Source: Nitrosopumilaceae archaeon
Lineage (GTDB): Archaea; Thermoproteota; Nitrososphaeria; Nitrososphaerales; Nitrosopumilaceae
Assembly: GCA_965200155.1 (NCBI GenBank)
Contig: CBDATR010000010.1
Span: 160,001-224,000 of the forward strand
Reading direction: 5' to 3'
Length of the DNA stretch: 64,000 bases
The notes below the pieces were generated by a model that saw only the letters and a list, made by a program, of their open reading frames with translations, searched no databases and was not told the origin of the DNA. Shown here piece after piece: positions 63,324-64,000 of this stretch (positions are counted from its first letter, which is position 1; every line of letters begins with the position of its first letter). The position numbers were made by a program, and so were the translations under genes.

Positions 63324-63667
63324 TGGCATTGGACCCTCCACGCGGATTACAAGAGGTGGATGTCTGTGTGGAGGACCGCATTTTTTCCTTACGCATAATA
63401 TCATACCAGAATGGATGTTTTGTGTCAGTAAGTGAGGGCGATGCCAGGATAGGCTCACTTATAGTATCCTTGTACAACGGTTCCACGCCGGTGACTACAC
63501 AAGTGATACCTGCCAAGTACGAATCGCTGTTTATGAGGCTGGTGTCAGAGAAGCTGGCCGTACGAACCAACGGCGTGGCCATAGTTAGCGTAAGCATAAG
63601 GCAGGACATAACCGCAGCCATCTCCAAGGAGATAATGCACGAGATAGATAGATTATCCTTAGGTTAA
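63323..63667 (+). CDS. Hypothetical protein, possibly proteasome assembly chaperone-like
   Basis: NGCFVSVSEG..RIGS; ORF fits between neighbours. Confidence 0.55.
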   Translation: MALDPPRGLQEVDVCVEDRIFSLRIISYQNGCFVSVSEGDARIGSLIVSLYNGSTPVTTQVIPAKYESLFMRLVSEKLAVRTNGVAIVSVSIRQDITAAISKEIMHEIDRLSLG

Positions 63668-63672
63668 GGTAG

Positions 63673-64000
63673 TTACAAATAGTCGTCTAGGCGCGTCTTT
63701 TCAAGTCCCGGAATGCGGGCTATCTCAAACCCCTCAGGTCGCTTGTCTAGGGGTCGCGTGGCATCAATACCCAACTTGGCGGTTTTGAGATTAGCCTGAT
63801 CGCTGGACGGATCCAGGCTGGAGCCACGAACACCAGATATGACATACATGTCCTTATCCGCCTGGAAACGGGTGGCCATGGCATATTCTATTGACGCGGC
63901 ATCATCGGGGTTGATGTCATTATCTACAACTACAACCTGCTTAAGTGACCGATGCGCCTCAAAAGTTCGCTGTATTATATGGCGAACATCGGTCTTGGCA
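63673..64000 (-). CDS. UbiD-family decarboxylase, C-terminus (partial)
   Basis: VVVDNDI, ATRFQ, SSLDPS, KLGIDAT. Confidence 0.88.
   Translation of the reverse strand, partial: AKTDVRHIIQRTFEAHRSLKQVVVVDNDINPDDAASIEYAMATRFQADKDMYVISGVRGSSLDPSSDQANLKTAKLGIDATRPLDKRPEGFEIARIPGLEKTRLDDYL

Overview
Chromosomal window from an ammonia-oxidising archaeon (Nitrosopumilaceae-like). The assignment rests on a 4-hydroxybutyrate-CoA ligase-like enzyme, TFE, RFC-L, aTrm56, GCH III, an AcnX pair, a CFI-box-CTERM protein and plastocyanin-like proteins. Intact housekeeping blocks and four tRNAs alternate with decayed, nested mobile elements, which suggests a host-associated lineage (inference). Main structures read from the sequence: (1) a 92-bp MITE in 18 full copies, with 8-bp target-site duplications (TSDs) and the same terminal 12-mer as three dead IS66-type elements; (2) a pair of these MITEs acting as a composite transposon (51253-52070); (3) two near-identical copies of a tnpB pseudogene bounded by TA-flanked, IS630/Tc1-style terminal inverted repeats (TIRs) instead of IS200/IS605 ends, the best candidate for an undescribed system; (4) an IS481-like element with 16-bp TSDs. 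Product calls come from motif recognition only; no searches were run.
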